Virus record (IMG/VR): IMGVR_UViG_3300021963_000041
Span: 32,001 to 96,000 of that record
Reading direction: 5' to 3' (one strand)
DNA length: 64,000 bases
Origin: a virus
Below the pieces are notes generated by a model. That model had not been told where the DNA came from, searched no databases, and was given only the letters and a program-made list of their open reading frames with translations. Shown here one piece after another: positions 1 through 8,613 of the stretch. A program made the translations under genes and the position numbers. Every line of letters begins with the position of its first letter. Position 1 is the first letter of the stretch.

Positions 1-200
1 CGCAAGTCTTTGATCAATTCAGCTGTACCCTCTTCAATTCGCTGAACCATTGCAGAACCTTCTATGTTTAGAGTTGAGGTTGTGTAACCACACTCTAGAC
101 ACATAGAACTATCTACGACTGTTCCGTCAGGTATTTGCTCCACTTCTGTAAAGCATTCGTGTGATCCGCAATGCGGACATATTACTTTAATAGGCTCCAT
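1..200 (-). CDS. Zn-ribbon hypothetical protein (runs off window start)
   Basis: Hand translation from ATG at 198-200: MEPIKVICPHCGSHECF...MCLECGYTT; two CxxC pairs; not in ORF track because truncated. Confidence 0.65.
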   Translation of the reverse strand, partial: MEPIKVICPHCGSHECFTEVEQIPDGTVVDSSMCLECGYTTSTLNIEGSAMVQRIEEGTAELIKDL

Positions 201-420
201 ATTGCAATGTGATTGACGTTCCGTTATTAAGTTCCACAATATCTCTCAGTATCTTATAGGCTTCCGAGTCACTATAGACTTCGAAGCGGCTGTAAGATTC
301 TTCGTTTTCAAGCTTTTCGAATCGAAATTCCAAATTGCGAGATGTGAGTTCCTGAATAAGGAAAGTGTGTGAAAACGCTGAGTGCGTAATCAAATTGTAG
401 CGGATGTGTTGATTATTCAT
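187..420 (-). CDS. hypothetical protein
   Basis: 77 aa ORF overlapping neighbours in the same orientation. Confidence 0.55.
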   Translation of the reverse strand: MNNQHIRYNLITHSAFSHTFLIQELTSRNLEFRFEKLENEESYSRFEVYSDSEAYKILRDIVELNNGTSITLQYGAY

Positions 421-1726
421 TTTCTACTTTTTTAAGTTTAGGTAATTCAATTTTCTTTAATGTTGGAAGTTTTAATCCAACGTTTTGTGCAAACTTAACA
501 TGCTTTTCCATAAGCTCACTCAGTTGTGTATCCATGTTAGCTAAGCTAAAGTTTGTCTTTGTGAAATATGCCTGCTTCTTACAACTATCTTTATAGTTTT
601 TAGGGTTTTCAAACACATCACGCATAATATTCACTGCGTAACCATAGTCTACAGTAAACCATTGTGACTCTTGTAAGATGACATCTTGCCAAGCAGCAGA
701 TGGATGTACATTAGTCAATTGTCCAGGAAGTAAAACCGACTCTTTTAGGAAGTCAATATGTCCAGACCAATTAGGAGCAATTACTGGCTTCAATGATAAG
801 CTAGCTTCTGCTAATGGTCTTCCAAAACCTTCACCCTTAGTAAAAGTGATGTGTGCTTTGATCTTTGGATGATTGTATAAAGAGTTCATTTCTTCATCAG
901 TAAGATCACCATGAATTAGATATACATTAGGTGTATTAGTAGATTTTACTGATTTGATAATCTGATTAATCTTGTTAAATATCTCTTCACGATCAAGTGG
1001 ACTAAAGTCTGCTGATGATGTTTTTAAAACCAATGCTGGTTGATTCTTTGGCATCTTATTCTTGAATGCTTCCAAGAAGGTTCTAATCAAACCGGATACA
1101 TTCTTACGATCCTCACCAAAGTCTCCTTGCAACCAGTGACCAACAAATAAGAATGCAGAATCCTCTTTAACTTCTTTCAACTGATCATCCACAGTCTTGT
1201 TGATCTTGTTAGTACTTTGGTACACATCTAAATCGACACCTTCAATCAACACTTCAATTGGTGTTGTTAGCTTTAATTCACCCTCCGGCTGCTTTGTTTG
1301 TTGGTTATGTCGCATCCATACAGACTCTTCTAAAACCCTTTTAGAGTGCTCAGATGAAGTCAACACTAAATCCATTCTGTTACATCCCTCAATCCATGGA
1401 GCTGCTGCAATTGTTGTTTCAATACCAGCTGTGATACCAATATTATACTTACCTAGACGTTGAAACTCATTAGGTACTGTAATTTGGATAAAGATGTCTG
1501 GTTGGGTTGCTAATTGAGGTTCTGTCAATAAACAATTCAAAATTGCTTGATGCTTTTCATTGTTTGGATCGAGAGCATTCATTGGAGTTCCTCCCCAACG
1601 AGTGTTCCAAATCTTAACATCATACTTATCTGATTTGATAAGTGAGTATGCTATGTCTCGTGATCTCGCTCCGTAACCTGATAGCGTGGCAACTGGTGCC
1701 ATTAATAATAAAACTGGCTTATTCAT
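413..1726 (-). CDS. glycosyltransferase, GT-B fold (GT4-like)
   Basis: N-terminal SGYG motif; C-terminal EGFGRPLAEA (Ex7E) motif; RKN donor-binding segment. Confidence 0.85.
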   Translation of the reverse strand: MNKPVLLLMAPVATLSGYGARSRDIAYSLIKSDKYDVKIWNTRWGGTPMNALDPNNEKHQAILNCLLTEPQLATQPDIFIQITVPNEFQRLGKYNIGITAGIETTIAAAPWIEGCNRMDLVLTSSEHSKRVLEESVWMRHNQQTKQPEGELKLTTPIEVLIEGVDLDVYQSTNKINKTVDDQLKEVKEDSAFLFVGHWLQGDFGEDRKNVSGLIRTFLEAFKNKMPKNQPALVLKTSSADFSPLDREEIFNKINQIIKSVKSTNTPNVYLIHGDLTDEEMNSLYNHPKIKAHITFTKGEGFGRPLAEASLSLKPVIAPNWSGHIDFLKESVLLPGQLTNVHPSAAWQDVILQESQWFTVDYGYAVNIMRDVFENPKNYKDSCKKQAYFTKTNFSLANMDTQLSELMEKHVKFAQNVGLKLPTLKKIELPKLKKVENE

Positions 1727-1729
1727 AAC

Positions 1730-3220
1730 TTATAGCTTAATGCTGATTCCCGATTTCTTGTTGTTAAATTTATTGACTTGATTCTTCACATTGTAAATTG
1801 TAAAGCGTTTTGGTGGTGTCCAGTTTTGCATGACTGTATCAACACATTCTGCAAATTTATTAGACATCCTCTCAGCTGTAAAGCCAGACTCAGTGCTAGT
1901 AGCCCATTCACGACCAGCATTGCCACATTTCTTACGGTCAGCTGGTGACATCGAATACCAATACATCATAGCTTCTGCTACATCACGGATATCACATCTG
2001 TCATCGAAGATATACGGAGTAGGGATAGAGCCTTGTAGATTGATTGCTGCTGGGAATACTGGTTTAACCCAAATACCACACTTAGTATACTTACCTCCGT
2101 GGTTAGTAGCAAAACTTTCATCAAACTTAATCCAATTACCATCCTCATCCTCAAAGCGACACTGATCTTGTAGACCTCCAGTTACATTATTGATTAGTGT
2201 ACGTCCGGTCATTAAAGCTTCTGTACTACTCAATCCCCATCCCTCATTAGAAGCAATATTGATTACTGTATCACAACAATTATACAATACATTCATATCT
2301 TCTGGTGATAGTCTTGCATCTGTGATTAAGATTTTATCCACCAACTCTGGGCAGATAGCATCAATCACAGCTGGTAAGTCTGTACCATTCTCATCGACTG
2401 GTTGAGTATGTAATACAAAACGTACATCATCTACAAAACCTGACTCAGTCATTTTATCATAAAACATCTTGAAAGCTAAAATAGCATCTGATGTCATCTT
2501 ACGACGAATGTTTCGGTTGTTGTAGAACACTACATAATCAGGATTAGCTTCACCAAATAGTTTCTTACGCATCTCAACTACACGGTCATCCTCTCTATCG
2601 ATTGGATAGAACACTTCGTGATTGATTCCGTGAGGAACGTATGAAGTCTTTGGTAGTGATTTAGCAATCAACTCATTAGCCGGCTTAGTGTCTAGGTCGA
2701 TATAATTCCCTTCACCCAATACCAATTTAGCAATGTTATCTGATTGCTTACTAATACCCATCAACAAGTCACAAGACTCGTAGTAAGGGCGATTGTAGTG
2801 TGGAGCTGGAAGATCGTCCCAAATGTGATAATAGAAGATTGGAACTCGCTGTCTCAATTCTGCTGACATACGATATAACCAAATCCAGTAACGTGGATCA
2901 GTAAAGTGTACAATAGCATCTACGCTATGACGCTCAATGATCAATCGTACCAAGTCTGGATCACCATATCCGTTTGTTGGGTATATTAGGACGCTCGGGT
3001 CCTCAATATTGAATTGCTTGCCAATCTCTTCGCTAAGATCCATAATCTGACCAGCTTCTGGATGTTGAACTGCTCCACCAACGTGGACGAAGTTATAGCG
3101 ATGTGCATTGCCTAGAATCAATTCTCGCGTCATTGTACCGATACCGCTAGGCAAGCGCATATCATCAGCAAGAAATAAGATCGTTTTTCGATCTGCTTTT
3201 GGGATGTAACCTTCTCTCAT
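1730..3220 (-). CDS. glycosyltransferase, GT-B fold (GT4-like)
   Basis: PSGIG N-terminal motif, VPHGI, RNIRRK, EGWGLSSTEA (Ex7E). Start likely MREGY at 3220 rather than 3277. Confidence 0.85.
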   Translation of the reverse strand: MREGYIPKADRKTILFLADDMRLPSGIGTMTRELILGNAHRYNFVHVGGAVQHPEAGQIMDLSEEIGKQFNIEDPSVLIYPTNGYGDPDLVRLIIERHSVDAIVHFTDPRYWIWLYRMSAELRQRVPIFYYHIWDDLPAPHYNRPYYESCDLLMGISKQSDNIAKLVLGEGNYIDLDTKPANELIAKSLPKTSYVPHGINHEVFYPIDREDDRVVEMRKKLFGEANPDYVVFYNNRNIRRKMTSDAILAFKMFYDKMTESGFVDDVRFVLHTQPVDENGTDLPAVIDAICPELVDKILITDARLSPEDMNVLYNCCDTVINIASNEGWGLSSTEALMTGRTLINNVTGGLQDQCRFEDEDGNWIKFDESFATNHGGKYTKCGIWVKPVFPAAINLQGSIPTPYIFDDRCDIRDVAEAMMYWYSMSPADRKKCGNAGREWATSTESGFTAERMSNKFAECVDTVMQNWTPPKRFTIYNVKNQVNKFNNKKSGISIKL

Positions 3221-3282
3221 GTTGTTTTTAGATATAACTTTAATATAACAAATTTTATAGTGGTTTCCCACTTTCATTCAAA

Positions 3283-3708
3283 TTATCTTGGTCTTCTATT
3301 GCAATGTTTATCACCAGTCAAATAAGGCTTACGACAAGTTGTACCTTTAACATGGAATCGTCCACAACGACCACAACAAGTGCTTAACGGATTAGGCTTT
3401 GATTCGTCTAAGTCCTCTTCCTCATCATCTTCCTCTTCTCTCTCGTGACCACAATCTGCACACCCTTGATGTTGACCACCAAACATATGCTCATCGTATA
3501 CTGCATTAATGTAATCAGCAGACTTTGTGATCTTCGATTGCACCCATCCCTCTAGTTGAGTGATACCCTCCTTTTCAAGATGATCAGCTAATTGCTGTGC
3601 TCTTTGAGCAATTGATCGCAAATCTGTAAGTGCCATTGACACTTCATGGTCATCATGCTGCTGTTGAGGATAACCTGTAATGTTTTCTAGAAGTTTTCTG
3701 AGTTTCAT
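3283..3708 (-). CDS. hypothetical protein, possible internal head protein with Cys/His-rich C-terminus
   Basis: MKLRKLLE N-terminus; DHEVSMA...WVQSKITK helical segment; CCGRCGRFH tail. Confidence 0.6.
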   Translation of the reverse strand: MKLRKLLENITGYPQQQHDDHEVSMALTDLRSIAQRAQQLADHLEKEGITQLEGWVQSKITKSADYINAVYDEHMFGGQHQGCADCGHEREEEDDEEEDLDESKPNPLSTCCGRCGRFHVKGTTCRKPYLTGDKHCNRRPR

Positions 3709-4118
3709 TATTTATATTTTCTATTGTCAGCCCAATCTCTGAACATCATGTTACCACGTAAGTATGCATCCTCTTCCAACTTTCTTAAATGATCGTTATT
3801 CTGTGCATACTTTGGATCACTCGTATCACCTACTAACTCCATCTTCAATAAACCATTCATATTCTGATCATGGTGAATCATCTCATGAGCAAAGCTGCGT
3901 AAGATGTCTTTGATGTGTCTTCCGTGAGTGTATAGTGTAATCGACTTTTCTACTGGACTATAGTGTGCAGTAGGGTTGAACATTGGTTGTTCTATATCTT
4001 GTGGTTGCTTGTTGAGAATGACTCTAGGTGCAGGGTTAACGGATACACCGTTACTTCCCATGTACATAGTCAAGTCACCAAGACACTCACGTAATATGTT
4101 TAATTCTGGATCGGTCAT
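3708..4118 (-). CDS. putative zinc metallopeptidase (HExxH)
   Basis: LRSFAHEMIHHDQ motif with downstream EEDAY third ligand. Confidence 0.7.
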   Translation of the reverse strand: MTDPELNILRECLGDLTMYMGSNGVSVNPAPRVILNKQPQDIEQPMFNPTAHYSPVEKSITLYTHGRHIKDILRSFAHEMIHHDQNMNGLLKMELVGDTSDPKYAQNNDHLRKLEEDAYLRGNMMFRDWADNRKYK

Positions 4119-4130
4119 TTGATATAAATA

Positions 4131-4550
4131 TCACGGAGTTAGAATGATCGCCTTTTTTCTAGCCTTTGTAAGCTGTTTAATTAAGTTAACAACCTTCTTA
4201 TCTGTCTGATTTGTGTCATCAAATACAACACACTTATTCACATATTGACAAAAGATTGTATTTCGTGTAAACATATTTTTATGGCTATAAGGTTGAGCAT
4301 AATAACCCTCTGACATTAAGCTGTACAGATTCTTATTTGTATGTGGTGCGTTCATCTCACGATACGTGTAACCTAACTCCAGTGCATACTTCTTTACATA
4401 CTTATCTGCTCCATGCAAGTCTCCCAAACCAACTATCACTAGTTCATCTTCTGGTGAGACATGCTCCTTCAACTTATGTATAAACGTCTTGATAATTTTC
4501 TTATTCTCAAACGTCTTTGTTCCCGTAATTCCTATTACTAGCTTGCTCAT
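4131..4550 (-). CDS. SLOG-superfamily (YspA/DUF2493-like) protein
   Basis: VIGITGT..., GADKYVKKYA, RN motifs typical of SLOG Rossmannoid domains. Confidence 0.6.
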   Translation of the reverse strand: MSKLVIGITGTKTFENKKIIKTFIHKLKEHVSPEDELVIVGLGDLHGADKYVKKYALELGYTYREMNAPHTNKNLYSLMSEGYYAQPYSHKNMFTRNTIFCQYVNKCVVFDDTNQTDKKVVNLIKQLTKARKKAIILTP

Positions 4551-4980
4551 ATAAATCTAGAACTGTATAACCTAATAAATTTTGTACATGACCTGGTTCA
4601 AAGCTTGGCCATCGCCATCCCGATTCCCAACCCTCTTCTTCAAAAAACCTCACTACCTTTAACCACTTGTTGCGCCAATAGTCTCGTGGATAACAATCTT
4701 CCCAACTCATCAATGCTCCATTGAATAGGAGACAAAAGTCTAAAGCCAATCCATAATTGTGAGCACTATAGCCACCCCTCTTTGTTGTTTGGAGTGGTCC
4801 TGGAGCAGTTCGTCCTAACCGAAACAACACATCTTGCTGTTCTACAGTACGACTACCCCAAACAACATAGACTGGGATCTTCTCTTTATGGCAGCGCTCA
4901 AATACTCTCGTTGCTGATGGAATCAACTTAGTGTTCAATGTATTGATTCGCTGCATTGAAACATCTAACAACGTACTCAT
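4507..4980 (-). CDS. M15 family peptidoglycan peptidase (L-Ala-D-Glu endopeptidase-like endolysin)
   Basis: RTxEQQ, SAHNYGLALD (SxHxxGxAxD) and terminal GHVQ zinc motifs. Confidence 0.85.
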   Translation of the reverse strand: MSTLLDVSMQRINTLNTKLIPSATRVFERCHKEKIPVYVVWGSRTVEQQDVLFRLGRTAPGPLQTTKRGGYSAHNYGLALDFCLLFNGALMSWEDCYPRDYWRNKWLKVVRFFEEEGWESGWRWPSFEPGHVQNLLGYTVLDLYEQASNRNYGNKDV

Positions 4981-5858
4981 GATTTAAGTCTCTCCTTTTT
5001 AGGACACAAAACCTCTTCACTAGCATATGGACAGTACTTACAAGCTGAACACGCAATTGCTGGATATTGACCTTCCATATTGTAGGTTCCATCCTCATTG
5101 AATGCACTCTGTACAAAGTCAATAAACATCTTACCAATCTTGTTTCTTGTAGGTTTACCACTAGCCGGAACAAATGTTTGAATACGCTTCATTGGGAAGT
5201 CACTATTCTCATTAATATTTCGACGTACAATTATATACTCCACATCTATCAGATCAGGATCAATACCTAACTGCTTTGCATAGAACTCCTTATATAGGAT
5301 TAGCTGAGCTGTCTTTGTTTGGTCAGCCTTTTGATATTTGTTCCACCCTTGGTTACTAGTCTTCAAGTCGATTATTTTATATCGTCCTGTGTTAGTTTCC
5401 TTAATAACAATATCAATGAACCCATTGAACTCAATGTTATTAATCAACCCCTGGTTTAATGGAATCTCAATACCAACTAACTCTGTATTCTTAGTACTGA
5501 AGTATTCTCTACGATGTCGTTGAAAGTACTTGAGGATAGCTGCTCCCTCCATATAAAACTGAGCGAGCTCTTGAGGTGTTGAGTAATGCACTCCACCATT
5601 CTTGGTAAGTGACTCCTTGTACTCCTCAAACAACGCTTGTTTAAGAGCCTCCTCTAAATCTATTGAGTCAGCCTCTTTGACTGACTTGAAGTATAAAACT
5701 TGTAAATAATCTTGGACAGTTTTGTGAAAGGCAGTACCAAAACAAGTGTTAATGGTTTGCTCATACTTTCTAAGACCATCGATATAATCAAGTTTCCATC
5801 TTCTAGGACAATTCGCGTATAGAGAGAATTGTGAATATGAAACTGTCTTTTTTGCCAT
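4977..5858 (-). CDS. Cas4/RecB-like PD-(D/E)XK exonuclease
   Basis: SYSQ..CPRRW, GTAFH, GFIDIV, IIDLKTS, QLILY, C-terminal CKYCPY...C (1+3 Cys Fe-S pattern). Confidence 0.85.
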   Translation of the reverse strand: MAKKTVSYSQFSLYANCPRRWKLDYIDGLRKYEQTINTCFGTAFHKTVQDYLQVLYFKSVKEADSIDLEEALKQALFEEYKESLTKNGGVHYSTPQELAQFYMEGAAILKYFQRHRREYFSTKNTELVGIEIPLNQGLINNIEFNGFIDIVIKETNTGRYKIIDLKTSNQGWNKYQKADQTKTAQLILYKEFYAKQLGIDPDLIDVEYIIVRRNINENSDFPMKRIQTFVPASGKPTRNKIGKMFIDFVQSAFNEDGTYNMEGQYPAIACSACKYCPYASEEVLCPKKERLKS

Positions 5859-5862
5859 ACAA

Positions 5863-5893
5863 TAAAGATACTAAATTAATTTTAATCTAGCAA
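5863..5893 (-). promoter_or_regulatory. Bacteroidota-type -33/-7 promoter (TTG-N20-TATCTTTA)
   Basis: Sense strand TTG, 20-nt spacer, TATCTTTA immediately upstream of ATG at 5858; same spacing recurs at about 12 sites. Confidence 0.65.
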
Positions 5894-6112
5894 CTAGAGT
5901 GTATCGTTTTCTGGCAAGAAATCTTTATTAATATGACCACAGTGAGCGCAAGCAAATGCTTGGACAGGAGTCAGCATTTCTTGACCAGTAGGCGATACGA
6001 TAGGTGAGAATCTTTTGATAAGGTAGTTCACTACAAACTTCTCACTACCACACTCTTCGCAAGTATATGTGTCAGCTTGCGAGAAATCTAATTGTTGTTG
6101 TAATTGTTGCAT
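5894..6112 (-). CDS. small Zn-ribbon protein
   Basis: CEECG and CAHCGH pairs. Confidence 0.7.
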   Translation of the reverse strand: MQQLQQQLDFSQADTYTCEECGSEKFVVNYLIKRFSPIVSPTGQEMLTPVQAFACAHCGHINKDFLPENDTL

Positions 6113-6117
6113 AGTTT

Positions 6118-6140
6118 AAAAAAGGGGGCCGAAGCCCCCG
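6118..6140 (-). terminator. intrinsic terminator after groEL
   Basis: GGGGGC-TTCG-GCCCCC followed by T-run on minus strand. Confidence 0.9.
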
Positions 6141-6148
6141 TTTATTGA

Positions 6149-7756
6149 TTAATAGTATGCCGGTGCAGACCCTTTCTCATCCTTCTCTTCAGGATCAAAA
6201 CTAATCACACACTCGGTTGTTAATAACGTACTAGCTGCTGATGTAGCTAACTCGATTGCTGTTCGTGTAACCTTAGTTGGATCAATGATACCAGCTACAA
6301 ACATATCAACAAAGCGATCATTACGAGCATCATAACCCCAAGTATCACTATCAATGTTTGCTACTAAAGCTTCAGCACTCTTTCCTGCATTCTCTACGAT
6401 TGCTTTGAAAGGTGCAAAGCATGCTCTCTTAACAATCTTAACTCCAACCTCTTGGTCTTCGTTCTCGACCTCAACATCAATCTGTGAGGCATTGTAAAGA
6501 GCAATACCACCACCTGGTACGATTCCCTCTTCAACAGCTGCACGAGTTGCATGCAATGCATCGTCTACACGATCTTTCTTCTCTTTGAGTTCAATCTCTG
6601 TTGCTGCTCCAATATTCAATACTGCAACACCACCGATCAACTTACTCATACGCTCTTTCAAGAATTGCTTCTCATAATCGCTATCAGCTTTCTCATACTG
6701 AGCTTTGATTTCTTCGATACGAGCCTTGATAGCTTCTGTATCACCAGCACCGTCAACGATGATAGTCTCATTTTGTGAAACAGTCACTGTACGTGAAGTA
6801 CCTAGCATCTCAATTGTCAGTTTCTCCAACTTCATTGCCTTTTGTTGAGCAACAACAGTACCACCAGTTAAGATAGCGATATCTTCTAGGTTGTGAATCT
6901 TACGATCACCAAATCCTGGAGCTTTGATTGCAACCACATTCAAGATACCACGAGCTTTGTTGAGTACTAATGCAGCTAAAGCTTCACCATCTACATCGTC
7001 AGCGATGATTACGAGTGGTTTGTTTTGCTTACTGCAAGTTTCCAATAATGGTAAGATGTCCTTGACAGAGCTAATCTTACGGTCGTAGATCAAGATGTAC
7101 GGATTCTCCAATGTAGTCGTCATTGTGTTGTTGTTTGTTGCAAAGTAAGGTGAAACAAATCCACGCTCAATCTGCATACCTTCAACAATCTCCAAAGTAG
7201 TCTCTGAGGTCTTAGACTCATCTACTTGGATTACACCATTCTTACCAACACTTTCCATAGCTTCTGCAATGATTGCTCCGATTGTAGAATCATTGTTAGC
7301 TGAAATAGTTGCTACTTGCTGAATCTCTTCATTTGTAACTACATCACGACTCATCTCACGAAGATTGTCAATAACCGCTGCAGATGCTTTATCCATACCA
7401 CGCTTAAGCTCGATAGGATTGTGACCAGCATTGATTGCTTTCAAACCTTCATTGTACATATAAGCTGCCAATACGGTTGCTGTAGTTGTACCATCACCAG
7501 CCATTTTAGCTGCTTTCATTGAAACCTCTTTTAAGGCCTGTGCACCTGCATTCTCTACTGGATCTTTTAGATAAATCTCCTTCGCTACTGATACACCATC
7601 CTTTGTGATAACTGGACCACCATGCTCACGTTCAATCATTACGTTACGTCCTTTTGGACCTAAAGTTGCTTGAACTGCTGATGATAACTGATTAACACCA
7701 CTACGCACTTTGTCGCGCGCTTCTGAATTGAAACTTAAAACCTTTGTCTTGCTCAT
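6149..7756 (-). CDS. groEL: chaperonin GroEL
   Basis: [40 protein letters not shown] motifs. Confidence 0.98.
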   Translation of the reverse strand: MSKTKVLSFNSEARDKVRSGVNQLSSAVQATLGPKGRNVMIEREHGGPVITKDGVSVAKEIYLKDPVENAGAQALKEVSMKAAKMAGDGTTTATVLAAYMYNEGLKAINAGHNPIELKRGMDKASAAVIDNLREMSRDVVTNEEIQQVATISANNDSTIGAIIAEAMESVGKNGVIQVDESKTSETTLEIVEGMQIERGFVSPYFATNNNTMTTTLENPYILIYDRKISSVKDILPLLETCSKQNKPLVIIADDVDGEALAALVLNKARGILNVVAIKAPGFGDRKIHNLEDIAILTGGTVVAQQKAMKLEKLTIEMLGTSRTVTVSQNETIIVDGAGDTEAIKARIEEIKAQYEKADSDYEKQFLKERMSKLIGGVAVLNIGAATEIELKEKKDRVDDALHATRAAVEEGIVPGGGIALYNASQIDVEVENEDQEVGVKIVKRACFAPFKAIVENAGKSAEALVANIDSDTWGYDARNDRFVDMFVAGIIDPTKVTRTAIELATSAASTLLTTECVISFDPEEKDEKGSAPAYY

Positions 7757-7758
7757 AT

Positions 7759-8055
7759 TTACTTTTTGATTTTTGTTAGTAAGTCGCGCTCTTGTACGAT
7801 ATGATAGTCTACACCATCATACTCCATTACTTGGGCTGCGAAACGTTGGTAGATTACAATGTCTCCAGGTTTGCAGGTTGTTTCTACAAACAGACTAGGA
7901 GCTGCCCAGAAACCTTTACCGGCTTCTACTACCTCTGCTTTTAAAGTTTTTTGATCATCCACTTCAGGTAATAAGATACCACCTGAGCTAATTTCATCCT
8001 GTTCGACAGGTTTGCATACTAGCTTATCGCTAATAGGTTCGAATACACTACTCAT
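7759..8055 (-). CDS. groES: co-chaperonin GroES
   Basis: PISDKLV, SGGILLP mobile loop, AEVVEAGKG, KPGDIV; directly upstream of groEL. Confidence 0.92.
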   Translation of the reverse strand: MSSVFEPISDKLVCKPVEQDEISSGGILLPEVDDQKTLKAEVVEAGKGFWAAPSLFVETTCKPGDIVIYQRFAAQVMEYDGVDYHIVQERDLLTKIKK

Positions 8056-8077
8056 AATTATATAACTGTTGTTTTAA

Positions 8078-8107
8078 TTAATATACGAAAAAAAGACCCA
8101 AGAGCAA
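8078..8107 (-). promoter_or_regulatory. -33/-7 type promoter for groES-groEL
   Basis: TTG-N19-TATATTAA on sense strand. Confidence 0.55.
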
Positions 8108-8115
8108 GCGTTGGT

Positions 8116-8526
8116 TTATTTAATTTGTAACTTTTTTGGTTTAGCTTCTTCTGCAAATGGAATAGTAATGATCAATAGACCATTCTCCATAGCCGCTGTA
8201 CTCTCTGATAAAGTGTACTTTGGTGAGATTTTGTAAGCTAGATTAAATGATCGACGAGCAATACCTCTACACTGATATGTGCGAGCTTCTTCTTCTCCGT
8301 CATGCTGCTTTGGTTTGTTGTAGGACACTTTGAGTACATCAAGTTCGATATCAATATCGACTTCACCTTTACTCAAACCGGTACAAGCGATCTCAAATAC
8401 AAGACCGTCTGAATGTTCGTAAATGTCTACTGGGTGTGGAATTTTGATCTCTGAAATAGATCCGAAACGCGAATGTGCGTTAAATAGGTCCCGGAATAGG
8501 ACGTCAAAAGTGACTTCTGTGTTCAT
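8116..8526 (-). CDS. small heat shock protein Hsp20 (IbpA-like)
   Basis: PVDIYE, RGIARRSF, MENGLLIITIP alpha-crystallin motifs; strong SD upstream. Confidence 0.92.
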   Translation of the reverse strand: MNTEVTFDVLFRDLFNAHSRFGSISEIKIPHPVDIYEHSDGLVFEIACTGLSKGEVDIDIELDVLKVSYNKPKQHDGEEEARTYQCRGIARRSFNLAYKISPKYTLSESTAAMENGLLIITIPFAEEAKPKKLQIK

Positions 8527-8613
8527 AATGTTTACCTCCTTAGATGGTTAATAAAAAATAATTCGTAACTGAGCTTGCCCTCAGGTCTGTATATAAATAG
8601 GGAGGGATTCGTT

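Noticed and set aside
3221-3277. Extended N-terminus of the glycosyltransferase ORF (and of 41449-41529)
   Set aside because: The upstream extensions overlap promoter-like AT-rich sequence; downstream ATGs (3220, 41448) fit better
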